Assembly (NCBI GenBank): GCA_965226885.1
Contig: CBDDEL010000013.1
Coordinates: forward strand, 498,710 to 562,709
Length of the DNA: 64,000 nucleotides
Direction of reading: 5' to 3'
From: Opitutales bacterium
GTDB taxonomy: Bacteria > Verrucomicrobiota > Verrucomicrobiia > Opitutales > UBA2987
Positions within the stretch are counted from its first letter, which is position 1. Each line of letters starts with the position of its first letter. Below, piece by piece: positions 1-10,610 of this stretch. Both the position numbers and the translations under genes were made by a program. Below the pieces are notes generated by a model, which ran no database searches, was not told the origin of the DNA, and was given only the letters and a program-made list of their open reading frames with translations.

Positions 1-2
1 AT

Positions 3-395
3 TATGACGCCTACATAAAAGCTCGTCTCCATTACGAAACAGAGTTGGAGAAAGAGGCGATCGAAGTTCTCGGAAAAGCGCCTGAACTCGGATCCCTCAA
101 CGCAATGGACCGGGCCGAGGCCATTTATGAGAGAGCCGTTACTGAGAGGGTGCGCCCGGAGTGGCGAGCGCGTGCTTTTGAATTGGCCGAGGCTCTTTTT
201 CAAAGTATTCGCATGCAATTAAGCGTTTGGAAATACCAAGCCATCCGGCTCAACCGGGGCGCGAATCTGGATAGCATTGATGAGGCGCTTAATGAAAGGA
301 AGCGGATCGTGCGCAGATTTGTTCTATTGCGAAAACTAGGGTCTGAAGAGGAGCGACTCGGCGGCATAGCCAAAATTGTTGAATCATTGAAATAG
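3..395 (+). CDS. Hypothetical protein, 3' part (5' end lies outside the window)
   Basis: Frame open from base 3 (YDAYIKARLHYETELEKEA...) to TAG at 395; no recognisable motif. Confidence 0.7.
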   Translation, partial: YDAYIKARLHYETELEKEAIEVLGKAPELGSLNAMDRAEAIYERAVTERVRPEWRARAFELAEALFQSIRMQLSVWKYQAIRLNRGANLDSIDEALNERKRIVRRFVLLRKLGSEEERLGGIAKIVESLK

Positions 396-495
396 CCAGG
401 CCTTCCCCACGGATTTGGATCAAATCAAACCGTAATAGGCCGACAGGGGAGAAGATTGACAAATCACAATGTAAGCAGAAAATTGGATCGAAATA

Positions 496-1347
496 TTGGA
501 ATGTAGCGATTTCATCGAACTTGAATGTTCATATGGGAAAACTCGATTGAAATATTATCGGCTACAATCTACAAACAAATTGATCGCGGACTTAAGAGGT
601 ATTCCAATTAAACGATTTTTGCTCCAAAAAAGAGCAACGTTAGGGAGAATATATTTCTCTTTACTGCCGTATATCCACTGGTTAAGGGCTAGCCATTTGA
701 TTCGCCGTATACGAATCAGAAACTATTTAAAAAATCGCTATGAACCGCGTGGTCTTCAGGTGGGAGGAGGCCGCCACAATATCAAACGCTGGCTAAATGG
801 AGATATAATTGGTGGAAATATATACCTGGATGCGCGACGCCCATTGCCTATTGCGGATGGATCATTCGATTACGTTTTTACCGAACAATTTTTTGAACAC
901 CTGTCACTAAATGACGGCGTATCCTTTTTGCATGAAGCTTACCGCATTTTGAAACCAGGAGGTGTTTTGCGGCAGAGCACTCCTTCCCTCGCTCCTTTAA
1001 TCGATATATACCTGGATCGGCATCCGGGAGTGTCCCGCAATCAAGTTTACGATCGACACGTTCGCAATCACCATCCGAATCGCCCGTGCCTATCTGCTGC
1101 CGATTTTTTTAACGATATGATGCGTTTGTGGGGACATCAATTCATTTATGATGAGGAAACACTTGAATTACTCTATCGCCAAATTGGTTTCATAAATTTA
1201 AGTTGGAGAAAGTTCGGGGAATCCGATTATAAAAATCTTTGCAATTTGGAGTGGCACGCTGATGTTGAATGGATGAAATCTGCTTTTGTCATCATCCTTG
1301 AAGCAGAAAAGCCAACTGTTTCAGACAGAGAAAATGAAAATAAATGA
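496..1347 (+). CDS. Class I SAM-dependent methyltransferase-like protein
   Basis: LQVGGG motif I, LPIADGSFDYVFTEQFFEHL and EAYRILKPGGVL motifs; overlaps the next gene by 4 bp. Start uncertain. Confidence 0.8.
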   Translation: MECSDFIELECSYGKTRLKYYRLQSTNKLIADLRGIPIKRFLLQKRATLGRIYFSLLPYIHWLRASHLIRRIRIRNYLKNRYEPRGLQVGGGRHNIKRWLNGDIIGGNIYLDARRPLPIADGSFDYVFTEQFFEHLSLNDGVSFLHEAYRILKPGGVLRQSTPSLAPLIDIYLDRHPGVSRNQVYDRHVRNHHPNRPCLSAADFFNDMMRLWGHQFIYDEETLELLYRQIGFINLSWRKFGESDYKNLCNLEWHADVEWMKSAFVIILEAEKPTVSDRENENK

Positions 1348-2315
1348 AGCCACTTGTCTCCGTTGTTCTTACTACTTACAATCGCTCAAATTTGTTAATG
1401 CGAGCCATTGAGAGCGTATTAAACCAGACCTATGAAAATTTTGAATGTATCGTAATCAATGATGCTTCGACCGATGACACCGTGCAAGTCCTCCGGCAAA
1501 TATCAGACAAGCGCGTACGGTATTTTTCTCATAAGACAAACCTGCATTTATCGGCGTGCCGCAATACAGGCATAGAGAACGCCACCGGAGAATTGATTGC
1601 CTTCCTTGATGACGATGATACCTGGCTTCCGAAGAAACTGGATAAGCAGGTTGCACTTATGCAAGGCATGGATCCTGAATTAGGCTTAGTCTATTGCTGG
1701 ACGGATGTTTTTCTAAAAGACCGAAAAATCAGGGAAAACCATCCCATTCTCCGTGGACGCATATTTCCCCAAACGCTAGCAGGTCAACCGATAGGAAATG
1801 GTTCTACTTTACTGATTCCGGCCACGGTTGTGAAAAATTTGGGCGGATTCGACGAATCGCTTCGCAGAGGAATAGATGGGGATTTCATTCGACGTGTATG
1901 CCATCAATACAAAGTGGATTTCGTGCCTGAGGTACTAGTTTATTATTACGTTGGGCATCCCGATCGAATAACCACCGAAAGCCTATCCGGCATACGAGCC
2001 GCGAGAAGAGGCGAAGAGGCGAAACTTGTGAAGTTCAAGAAGGAATTAAATGGTCTTCCTCATATTCACGCGGTTATTCTCAAAGAAATTTCCAGACACT
2101 GCCTCCGGTTGGATGATTTCGCGACTGTCGATAGGCACCTGCTACAAGTGGCGAAACTTGAACAAACGAGATTTCTCTGGGCTATTAAAGGATTCCTTCT
2201 CCTTCCAACACCCGTGCGAATTGGGTTTTATCGGCTTTTCCTTTTGCTTTTAACCATAAGGTCGTGGGCCAGAAAGGTTTCTATTTTCAATGTGGGCAAA
2301 AAATATTCCCCCTGA
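1344..2315 (+). CDS. Glycosyltransferase family 2
   Basis: PLVSVVLTTYNR, INDASTD, ACRNTGI, IAFLDDDD (DxD) and GGFDESL motifs. Confidence 0.93.
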   Translation: MKPLVSVVLTTYNRSNLLMRAIESVLNQTYENFECIVINDASTDDTVQVLRQISDKRVRYFSHKTNLHLSACRNTGIENATGELIAFLDDDDTWLPKKLDKQVALMQGMDPELGLVYCWTDVFLKDRKIRENHPILRGRIFPQTLAGQPIGNGSTLLIPATVVKNLGGFDESLRRGIDGDFIRRVCHQYKVDFVPEVLVYYYVGHPDRITTESLSGIRAARRGEEAKLVKFKKELNGLPHIHAVILKEISRHCLRLDDFATVDRHLLQVAKLEQTRFLWAIKGFLLLPTPVRIGFYRLFLLLLTIRSWARKVSIFNVGKKYSP

Positions 2316-2397
2316 TGTCTTGCTATTCAAACCCCCCGTGGGACCAACAGGCGGGATAAATACCACCCGCTCAATAGAAGGTAGACCTGAAACCCCT

Positions 2398-2471
2398 GGT
2401 AGTGTATAAAAAAAGAATGTTATTTTGTATTTTTAGCTGTACAAATAGCGTTAGGCAGTTTATTCTCTTAG
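2398..2471 (+). mobile_element. IS1-family left-end fragment, cut off by IS1380
   Basis: ggtagtgtataaaaaaagaatg... matches the left end of the IS1 copies at 52468 and 63283 (plus a 2-bp insertion); stops at TTAG before IS1380. Confidence 0.9.
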
Positions 2472-3945
2472 CCCGGATATTTCGTAAAAAAAGTATCGTT
2501 GATATGCTTAACTGCTGATATACAGCAGGATAGATCAATAATTAAAGCAATATCAGCGATGACAAAAGGTAAACAATTAAAGCTACAGTTGACAAGGGTA
2601 AAAGGCCGCCGTGTGCGGGTTGATTTCAAGGGCGGAGAGGTTACTTCGGATGCCGGACTGCTTTTGATCCGGGAAGTGGATCGGCAGTTGGGCTTGACCG
2701 AACGAGCGGCCCGACAGTTAGTGGACAAACGGCAGAAGGGCAAAGTACGCCATGAGGTATTGGGGATGCTGCGGCAGCGCGTTTACGGGCTGGTGGCGGG
2801 CTATGAGGATTTGAACGACTTTGATACCCTGCGCCACGATCCATTGTTGCCAACGGTAACGGGGCGCATTGAAACGTTGGCCAGCGCGCCGACTTTGTGT
2901 CGTTTTGAAAACGGGCAGGATCGGCGGGCGGCCTTTGCGGTAAACGAGCTGTTGGTCGAACAGTTCATGGGCTCCTTTGCCGAGGAACCCGAAGAGATCA
3001 TCCTGGACTTTGACGCCACCGACAATCCGGTGCACGGGCTCCAGGAGGGACGTTTTTTCCACGGTTATTATGATCATTACTGTTTTCTGCCGCTATATGT
3101 TTTTTGCGGTGATCAGCTGCTGGTGGCCTACCTGCGGCCGAGCAAGATCGATGCCAGCAAGCATGCCGGGGCCATCCTCAAATTGCTGGTTAAACGGATT
3201 CGCCAAAGCTGGCCCCGTACGCGGATTATTTGGCGCGCCGACAGTGGATTTTGTCGAGACCGGATACTCTCTTGGTGCGACCGCAACGAAGTTAGTTACA
3301 TCGTGGGGATGGCTCGCAATGCACGCTTGCAGCAAGACGCCCAGCAGTTGCAAAAGCAGGCCAAAGAATGGTTCGAACTAAGGGGTAAAAAACAACGGTT
3401 ATTCCAGGACTTCGTCTATGCTGCCGATTCGTGGCGATGGCTGCGGTTGGTCATCCATAAAGCCGAACACACCGCACAGGGGTCCAACCCGCGCTTCGTG
3501 GTGACGAACCTGCCGGGCGATCCCCAGGAGCTTTACGACAAGGTATACTGTGGCCGCGGTGAAATGGAGAACCGAATCAAGGAACAGATGCAATTGTTCA
3601 GCGAGCGCACCAGCGCCCATCAATGGTGGGCCAATCAGTGCCGATTGCTCTTGTCGGCGCTGGCCTACACCTTGATGGAAGCCATGCGCCGGTTAGCCTT
3701 AAAAGGGACGAAGTGGGCGCGGGCCCAATGCCACACCCTGCGGCTCAAATTAATCAAGATCGGAGCGGTCATCGTGCGCAACACCCGAACGATTCACTTT
3801 CACCTAAGTGAGAGTTATCCTTGGGCCAGTCTTTTCAACCATGCGGCCCGCCGATTGGTGCCAACCTAAAGGGTGCATTGGTGCTGCCCCCGGCACTACC
3901 GAACCAATGGGGGAAAGGGGGCAGTGTCTCTACACCCTGAAAAAC
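2472..3945 (+). mobile_element. IS1380-family element copy 1 (right end removed at the IS3 junction)
   Basis: Left IR cccggatatttc; near-identical to 50599-52181 up to ...ccctgaaaaac, where IS3 begins. Confidence 0.92.
2559..3869 (+). CDS. IS1380-family DDE transposase (intact, 436 aa)
   Basis: FKGGEVTSDAG, LDFDATD, HGxQEGRFFHGYY, RADSGF, YCGRGEMENRIKE motifs. Confidence 0.93.
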   Translation: MTKGKQLKLQLTRVKGRRVRVDFKGGEVTSDAGLLLIREVDRQLGLTERAARQLVDKRQKGKVRHEVLGMLRQRVYGLVAGYEDLNDFDTLRHDPLLPTVTGRIETLASAPTLCRFENGQDRRAAFAVNELLVEQFMGSFAEEPEEIILDFDATDNPVHGLQEGRFFHGYYDHYCFLPLYVFCGDQLLVAYLRPSKIDASKHAGAILKLLVKRIRQSWPRTRIIWRADSGFCRDRILSWCDRNEVSYIVGMARNARLQQDAQQLQKQAKEWFELRGKKQRLFQDFVYAADSWRWLRLVIHKAEHTAQGSNPRFVVTNLPGDPQELYDKVYCGRGEMENRIKEQMQLFSERTSAHQWWANQCRLLLSALAYTLMEAMRRLALKGTKWARAQCHTLRLKLIKIGAVIVRNTRTIHFHLSESYPWASLFNHAARRLVPT

Positions 3946-3984
3946 TGATGTGCACTGGAAAAAGTGGACACGAGATTCTCCTAA

Positions 3985-4293
3985 ATGGAGAATCGAAGCA
4001 TGGGAAGAAGACGCAGTATAGAGTTCAAAAATGAGGCAGTTCAACTGATGATACTCGATGGTCTGAGCGCCACCGAGGTATCGACCAAACTTGGGGTCAA
4101 CACCAACCAATTGTATAGGTGGAAGAGGCTCTATCTGGACGATCAGCAGGGCGAAGCCACCTCAAAGCGACAGAGCAGTCCGAAGGAGATGGCGGCCGAG
4201 ATAGATCGTCTTCGCAAAGAGCTGCGCCGCTCGGAGCGGATCAACCAGATACTAAAAAAAACGGTGGGCTACTTTGCCAAGGACGAACAATGA
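3985..4293 (+). CDS. IS3 OrfA (HTH plus leucine zipper)
   Basis: EFKNEAVQL...EVSTKLGV...LYRWKR; ILKK end with A8 run; ATGA overlap with orfB. Confidence 0.9.
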   Translation: MENRSMGRRRSIEFKNEAVQLMILDGLSATEVSTKLGVNTNQLYRWKRLYLDDQQGEATSKRQSSPKEMAAEIDRLRKELRRSERINQILKKTVGYFAKDEQ

Positions 4294-5207
4294 AGTACCA
4301 GTTTGTCAAAGACAACGAGGGGCGCTTCAAGATCGAGGAAATATGCTCGGCGATGGGGATTTGTCGCAGTGGCTATTACTGCTGGAGGCCCCGAGCGCCC
4401 TCGGCCCGGCGGATCGAGGACGAGGGAATCAAGGGGGCGATCCTGAAGGTACACAAAGAGGCCAAGGGCCGCTATGGGCATCGGCCAATGCACCGCCATC
4501 TGAAGGATGATGAGGGCATCGATTGCGGCCGTGACCGGGCTCTGCGTCTGATGCGTGAAATGGGAATCAAAAGCACCCAGAGTAAACGCTTTAAGCCATT
4601 AAAAACCAACAGTAACCATCCCTATGGTTACAGCCCCAATGTGCTTAAAAAGCATGGCCAGCCGACCCATATCGACGAGGTCTGGGTGGCGGACACGACC
4701 TACCTACGGACCCTGGCCGGTTGGATGTACTTGGCCACGGTGATGGACCTGTTCAGCCGACGCCTGCTGGGCTGGAGCGTTTCCAACCACAACGACGCGA
4801 AGCTGGTTGGCAAGGCCCTCAAAGCCGCGGCCATGACCCGCGGCACACTGCGCACCGGGATTATTCATCACAGCGATCGGGGCAGCCCCTACGCCAGCGA
4901 CGACTATCAGAGGCTGGTCTCTGAACTAGGCATGAAGCCGAGCATGAGCGGCCAAGGCAACTGCTACGACAACGCGGCCATGGAATCGTTCTACGGCCGC
5001 TTCAAGACCAGCACGATTCGAGGCCGCCACTTTGCCGACGAGCGCGAACTGCGATCAACTGTCTTCGAATACGTGGAAATCTTCTACAACCGATATCGCA
5101 AACATTCCTCTCTGAGTTACCAAAGCCCAGTCCAATTCGAGGAAAATATTTGCCCCCCATGGGGGGCAACGAGAAAACAAAACCCTTTACCAAAACAAGC
5201 CGCCTGA
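4290..5207 (+). CDS. IS3 OrfB (rve/DDE integrase core)
   Basis: WVADTTY, HHSDRGSPY, CYDNAAMESF, FYNRYRKHSSL motifs. Confidence 0.92.
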   Translation: MKYQFVKDNEGRFKIEEICSAMGICRSGYYCWRPRAPSARRIEDEGIKGAILKVHKEAKGRYGHRPMHRHLKDDEGIDCGRDRALRLMREMGIKSTQSKRFKPLKTNSNHPYGYSPNVLKKHGQPTHIDEVWVADTTYLRTLAGWMYLATVMDLFSRRLLGWSVSNHNDAKLVGKALKAAAMTRGTLRTGIIHHSDRGSPYASDDYQRLVSELGMKPSMSGQGNCYDNAAMESFYGRFKTSTIRGRHFADERELRSTVFEYVEIFYNRYRKHSSLSYQSPVQFEENICPPWGATRKQNPLPKQAA

Positions 5208-5270
5208 CACACTAATCAATAAACAATGAATATAAGAGAATCCCGTGTCCAACAAATCCAGTACACGTCA

Positions 5271-5388
5271 CCCCCCATGGGGGGCAACGAGAAAACAAAA
5301 CCCTTTACCAAAACAAGCCGCCTGACACACTAATCAATAAACAATGAATATAAGAGAATCCCGTGTCCAACAAATCCAGTACACGTCA
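5271..5388 (+). repeat. Tandem copy of the last 118 bp of IS3
   Basis: 5271-5388 is identical to 5153-5270 and includes the right IR. Confidence 0.95.
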
Positions 5389-6723
5389 TAGGTGAAAGTG
5401 AATCGTTCGGGTGTTGCGCACGATGACCGCTCCGATCTTGATTAATTTGAGCCGCAGGGTGTGGCATTGGGCCCGCGCCCACTTCGTCCCTTTTAAGGCT
5501 AACCGGCGCATGGCTTCCATCAAGGTGTAGGCCAGCGCCGACAAGAGCAATCGCCACTGATTGGCCCACCATTGATGGGCGCTGGTGCGCTCGCTGAACA
5601 ATTGCATCTGTTCCTTGATTCGGTTCTCCATTTCACCGCGGCCACAGTATACCTTGTCGTAAAGCTCCTGGGGATCGCCCGGCAGGTTCGTCACCACGAA
5701 GCGCGGGTTGGACCCCTGTGCGGTGTGTTCGGCTTTATGGATGACCAACCGCAGCCATCGCCACGAATCGGCAGCATAGACGAAGTCCTGGAATAACCGT
5801 TGTTTTTTACCCCTTAGTTCGAACCATTCTTTGGCCTGCTTTTGCAACTGCTGGGCGTCTTGCTGCAAGCGTGCATTGCGAGCCATCCCCACGATGTAAC
5901 TAACTTCGTTGCGGTCGCACCAAGAGAGTATCCGGTCTCGACAAAATCCACTGTCGGCGCGCCAAATAATCCGCGTACGGGGCCAGCTTTGGCGAATCCG
6001 TTTAACCAGCAATTTGAGGATGGCCCCGGCATGCTTGCTGGCATCGATCTTGCTCGGCCGCAGGTAGGCCACCAGCAGCTGATCACCGCAAAAAACATAT
6101 AGCGGCAGAAAACAGTAATGATCATAATAACCGTGGAAAAAACGTCCCTCCTGGAGCCCGTGCACCGGATTGTCGGTGGCGTCAAAGTCCAGGATGATCT
6201 CTTCGGGTTCCTCGGCAAAGGAGCCCATGAACTGTTCGACCAACAGCTCGTTTACCGCAAAGGCCGCCCGCCGATCCTGCCCGTTTTCAAAACGACACAA
6301 AGTCGGCGCGCTGGCCAACGTTTCAATGCGCCCCGTTACCGTTTGCAACAATGGATCGTGGCGCAGGGTATCAAAGTCGTTCAAATCCTCATAGCCCGCC
6401 ACCAGCCCGTAAACGCGCTGCCGCAGCATCCCCAATACCTCATGGCGTACTTTGCCCTTCTGCCGTTTGTCCACTAACTGTCGGGCCGCTCGTTCGGTCA
6501 AGCCCAACTGCCGATCCACTTCCCGGATCAAAAGCAGTCCGGCATCCGAAGTAACCTCTCCGCCCTTGAAATCAACCCGCACACGGCGGCCTTTTACCCT
6601 TGTCAACTGTAGCTTTAATTGTTTACCTTTTGTCATCGCTGATATTGCTTTAATTATTGATCTATCCTGCTGTATATCAGCAGTTAAGCATATCAACGAT
6701 ACTTTTTTTACGAAATATCCGGG
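5389..6723 (-). mobile_element. IS1380 copy 2, inverted, 3'-truncated (transposase ends at ...IHFHL)
   Basis: Reverse complement of copy 1; left IR at 6712-6723; last ~20 codons and right end missing. Confidence 0.92.
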
Positions 6724-6824
6724 TTAGGGGTTAGGGGTTATATTGATATTTTTTTTGAGAATAGTATTGTATATTCGTTAAATACGATTGAGTAAGTGGA
6801 TTTTAATTAGATAAAGAAAAAATT

Positions 6825-8423
6825 ATGGAATACAAAAAGACATTCAACGACCTTGGACTTTCAGAGAAAGCCTTGGCCGCAATTAATAAAAAGGGGTTTG
6901 AAGAGCCAACCGCAATTCAAGCTAAGACTATCCCTGTAATGCTAAGAGATGATACTAATATCATCGCTCAGGCGCAAACAGGTACCGGCAAGACCGCTGC
7001 ATTTGGATTACCTCTGATAGATATGATTAATGCAGATTCCAAAGCAGTTCAGGCACTTATTCTGGTTCCGACACGAGAGCTGGCCATTCAGGTTTCAGAA
7101 GAAATCAATTCACTCAAAGGAGAGAAGAATATCAAAATAGTGCCAATATATGGCGGACAATCTATAGATCAACAGTTACGCAGGCTGAAAAAGGGTGTAC
7201 ATATTGTAGTTGGGACTCCTGGCAGGGTTATAGATCATCTTAACAGAAAAACACTCATGCTTGGGAAAATTGAGCATCTGATACTCGATGAAGCCGATGA
7301 AATGCTGAATATGGGTTTCATCGAAGATATGGAAGAAATAATGCAGCATACAAATCCTGGAAAAAGAACCCTATTGTTTTCTGCAACAATACCAGGAAGG
7401 ATTAAAACCCTCGCACGCAAATACATGGATGGATATGAGCTTCTCACAGTTGAGAAAGAGCAATTGACGTCGAATCTAACGGAGCAAATATACTTTGAGG
7501 TAAAAGCTTCTGACAAATTTGAGTCGCTATGTAGAATAATCGACATTGAAAGTAACTTTTATGCCCTGATTTTCTGCAGAACAAAAAATGATGTTGATTC
7601 TTTAGCCTCTCATTTAATGGATAGAGGCTATGACGCCGAGGCTATTCATGGAGATTTATCGCAGGCGCAAAGAGAACGGACTCTGGGAAAATTCAGGAAA
7701 CAGACTATCAATATTCTAGTAGCAACAGATGTTGCCGCACGGGGCATTGATGTTATTAACCTCACCCACGTAATCAATTATTCACTCCCACAAAATCCGG
7801 ATTCGTATGTTCATCGCATTGGTCGTACGGGACGGGCCGGGAATGAGGGCACCGCTATTACGTTTATTACTCCTAATGAGTATAGGAAACTGATGTTCAT
7901 TCAGAAAGTCGCCAAAACTGATATCAGGAAATCAAAAATACCAGAAGTAAAAGATATAATTAAAGCCAAAAAGAAAAAGATATACGATGATTTGACTGCT
8001 ATTCTTGAAGATAGAGTTGATACTAACTATTATACCTGGGCCAAGAATTTACTTGAGGATAGAAAACCGACAGAAATATTAGCTGCTATACTGAATTATT
8101 GTTTTGAAGAAGAGTTAAATCCTGATAGCTACGGTGAAATAAAAGAAGCGGGTGGAAAAGGAAGGCAACTCGATAAACAGGGTAAGGCGAGGCTTTTTGT
8201 CGCACTTGGGAGGAAAGACAAGATTGGTGCCAGAAAACTTGTTCAACTTATTATGAGCAGAGTCTCGATTAAATCCAATCATATCAGTGATATACAGATA
8301 ATGGATAAATTTTCTTTTATGACCGTTCCTTTTAATTATGCAGAGGAAATTGTTGTTAGTTTTAAAGAAAAGGGTCAAAAACAGCTGATCACACTTGCCA
8401 GGAAAAATGGAAAGAGCAAATAA
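6825..8423 (+). CDS. DEAD-box RNA helicase with C-terminal DbpA-type RNA-binding domain (DeaD/CshA-like)
   Basis: Q motif (GFEEPTAIQ), AQTGTGKT, PTRELA, DEAD, SAT, ARGID, HRIGRTGRAG; C-terminal RLFVALGRKDKI...FSFMTV. Confidence 0.93.
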   Translation: MEYKKTFNDLGLSEKALAAINKKGFEEPTAIQAKTIPVMLRDDTNIIAQAQTGTGKTAAFGLPLIDMINADSKAVQALILVPTRELAIQVSEEINSLKGEKNIKIVPIYGGQSIDQQLRRLKKGVHIVVGTPGRVIDHLNRKTLMLGKIEHLILDEADEMLNMGFIEDMEEIMQHTNPGKRTLLFSATIPGRIKTLARKYMDGYELLTVEKEQLTSNLTEQIYFEVKASDKFESLCRIIDIESNFYALIFCRTKNDVDSLASHLMDRGYDAEAIHGDLSQAQRERTLGKFRKQTINILVATDVAARGIDVINLTHVINYSLPQNPDSYVHRIGRTGRAGNEGTAITFITPNEYRKLMFIQKVAKTDIRKSKIPEVKDIIKAKKKKIYDDLTAILEDRVDTNYYTWAKNLLEDRKPTEILAAILNYCFEEELNPDSYGEIKEAGGKGRQLDKQGKARLFVALGRKDKIGARKLVQLIMSRVSIKSNHISDIQIMDKFSFMTVPFNYAEEIVVSFKEKGQKQLITLARKNGKSK

Positions 8424-8540
8424 TCGGGTCCCCTGGACTGCATGAAGAAGCCAATTCCGGGTCTCTACCGGGCGGTTTAAAAGTGTTTCATTTTTGGCGT
8501 TTACCTTTCCATTATTTTCCTTAGTTTGAGCGGTTTTTGT

Positions 8541-10490
8541 ATGCTTACGATTACGGCAGTTTGCAAGGCTTTTGGGGAGCGGGTCTTGTTCGATGAGGTG
8601 AAACTTCAGGTGAATCGGCAGGATCGGCTTGGTCTTGTCGGTCCTAATGGGGTAGGCAAGTCTACGCTTTTTTCCATGATTCTGGGGGAGGATTCACCCG
8701 ATGCGGGGAATGTGCTTCTGGAACGTAATGTTTCGCTCGGGTTTCTACCGCAGGAAACCGCACCAGTGGGGGAGGAAACGGTCCTCGAGTTGGCCACGGC
8801 GGTATCTCCTGAAATTGTGGAACTTCAGAAGCAGTTGAAAGCAGAGGAGGAGGACCACGATCACGAAATCGATCTCCATGACGACGCGCATGCGCGGTTT
8901 GAGGAACTGGGCGGATATTTGCTGGAGCCGAAGGCGAAAAGGATTTTAGGAGGACTTGGTTTTCAGGTGGAGGATTTTGACCGCTCGGCCAAGGAAATGA
9001 GTGGCGGTTGGGTAATGAGGGCGTATCTGGCCCGATTACTCGTGCAGGAGCCCGATTTATTGATGCTGGACGAGCCCACCAACCACCTCGACCTGGAAGC
9101 GTTGATCTGGTTTCAGAATTACCTCAAAAACTATTCCGGAGCGATTCTGGTAATTTCCCATGATCGTGAATTTCTCAATTTTCTGGTCAGTGGAATTGTG
9201 GAGATTCGGCAGAGCCGTTTGATTCGCTACCGGGGTAATTACGAGGATTTTCTTTTGCAGCGGGAGGCGAATGAGGCGCAATTGCTGGCGGCTTACAAAA
9301 ATCAGCAACGCGAGATTGCGCAGTTGATGTCGTTTGTGACCCGTTTTCGAGCCAAGGCCACCAAGGCAACCCAGGCTCAGAGCAAGTTGAAACAGATTGC
9401 GCGGATGGAAAAGATCGAAGCGCCCGCAGCCGACCAGCGCCGGATCAAGTTTCATTTTCCACAACCACAGCGAAGCGGCTTGAAGGTGGTCACATTGAAG
9501 GACATCCATCAGGCTTACGGGACGAATGTGGTTTATCGGGGTATGAATTTCAAAGCCGAGCGGGGCCAGCGGATCGTTTTGGTAGGCCCAAATGGCGCAG
9601 GAAAGTCCACTTTGATTAAAATACTGGCCGGGGTTCTGGAATTTCAAAGTGGGAGCCGCGAGTTGGGGCACAACGTCAAGGCCGGTTATTATTCGCAGTA
9701 TCGCATCGATATGCTGCAAACGAATCGGACGGTGCTGGAGGAGGCGCTGGACACCGAGCAGCGCATCACGGAACAGTTTGCCCGCAGTGTGCTGGGTTCA
9801 TTTTTATTTCGAGGGGATGACGCGTTCAAAAAAGTCGGCGTCTTAAGCGGTGGTGAAAAGAGCCGTTTGGCACTGATTAAACTGCTGCTCGATCCGCCCA
9901 ATTTCCTGCTCATGGATGAGCCTACTACACACTTGGACATTCCGAGCATCGACGCCTTGCTGACGGCTCTTACCCAATACCAGGGCACGATCATCTTTAT
10001 CAGTCATGATGTGTATTTCATCCGTGCAGTGGCTGACCATGTTATCCATGTCAATGATGGCGCACTGACTCATTATGCGGGGGATTACCAGTATTACCTC
10101 GAGAAGACCGCAGCCTCATCGGAACGGGAAGCGTTGACCGCCGGTGAAAAGCGTGGGGGGGCTGGTTCAAGCAAATTTACCAAAAAGTCCAAGACTCAAA
10201 ATAAAGAGCGCAAACGTATTGAAGCCGAATTGCGCCAGGCGCGCTCGCGCAAGCGAAAAAAGCATCGACATACCATCCAGCGATTGGAGAAAGATATTGA
10301 GGAGTGGGAAACGCGTCAGACTAAATTGACCACAGAACTGGAAAATCCCAAAACCTATGATGAACCGGGACGCGCCCAGGGAATCAACCGGGAATTAAGC
10401 GGTGTGGTTGGGAATCTGCAAAGCCTGACAAGTGAATGGGAGGCTGCGGTGGCAAAATTATCCGAAATTGACAGCGTTGTAGAAGCATGA
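8541..10490 (+). CDS. ABC-F family ATP-binding protein
   Basis: Two ABC domains (GPNGVGKS/SGGW/LDEPTNHLD; GPNGAGKS/LSGGEK/MDEPTTHLD), linker, coiled-coil C-terminus, no TM segments. Confidence 0.93.
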   Translation: MLTITAVCKAFGERVLFDEVKLQVNRQDRLGLVGPNGVGKSTLFSMILGEDSPDAGNVLLERNVSLGFLPQETAPVGEETVLELATAVSPEIVELQKQLKAEEEDHDHEIDLHDDAHARFEELGGYLLEPKAKRILGGLGFQVEDFDRSAKEMSGGWVMRAYLARLLVQEPDLLMLDEPTNHLDLEALIWFQNYLKNYSGAILVISHDREFLNFLVSGIVEIRQSRLIRYRGNYEDFLLQREANEAQLLAAYKNQQREIAQLMSFVTRFRAKATKATQAQSKLKQIARMEKIEAPAADQRRIKFHFPQPQRSGLKVVTLKDIHQAYGTNVVYRGMNFKAERGQRIVLVGPNGAGKSTLIKILAGVLEFQSGSRELGHNVKAGYYSQYRIDMLQTNRTVLEEALDTEQRITEQFARSVLGSFLFRGDDAFKKVGVLSGGEKSRLALIKLLLDPPNFLLMDEPTTHLDIPSIDALLTALTQYQGTIIFISHDVYFIRAVADHVIHVNDGALTHYAGDYQYYLEKTAASSEREALTAGEKRGGAGSSKFTKKSKTQNKERKRIEAELRQARSRKRKKHRHTIQRLEKDIEEWETRQTKLTTELENPKTYDEPGRAQGINRELSGVVGNLQSLTSEWEAAVAKLSEIDSVVEA

Positions 10491-10610
10491 AAAAAGGTTG
10501 TCCACCAATGAATTACGAAAACTCTTGAGATAATGGGTCCTAAGGATAAAATACATTCTTTTCGCAACGTAATCGCCGTATGCATGCATTTCGGCATAGG
10601 ATGAATTTAT

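Larger units (their letters stand above)
3946..5270 (+). mobile_element. IS3-family element, complete copy (1325 bp)
   Basis: TG...CA ends; imperfect IRs tgatgtgcactggaaaaagtggacac / tgacgtgtactggatttgttggacac; carries orfA and orfB. Confidence 0.93.

Noticed and set aside
2468..6727. TTAG direct repeats as the TSD of a composite transposon
   Set aside because: The right flank is not the continuation of the interrupted IS1; explained by target preference.
6721..6740. Telomere-like ttagggg repeats
   Set aside because: Only about two units, partly formed by the IS end and its TTAG target; too short to support.
9350..9376. KATKAT quasi-repeat in ABC-F
   Set aside because: Not exact at DNA level and typical of the ABC-F linker.
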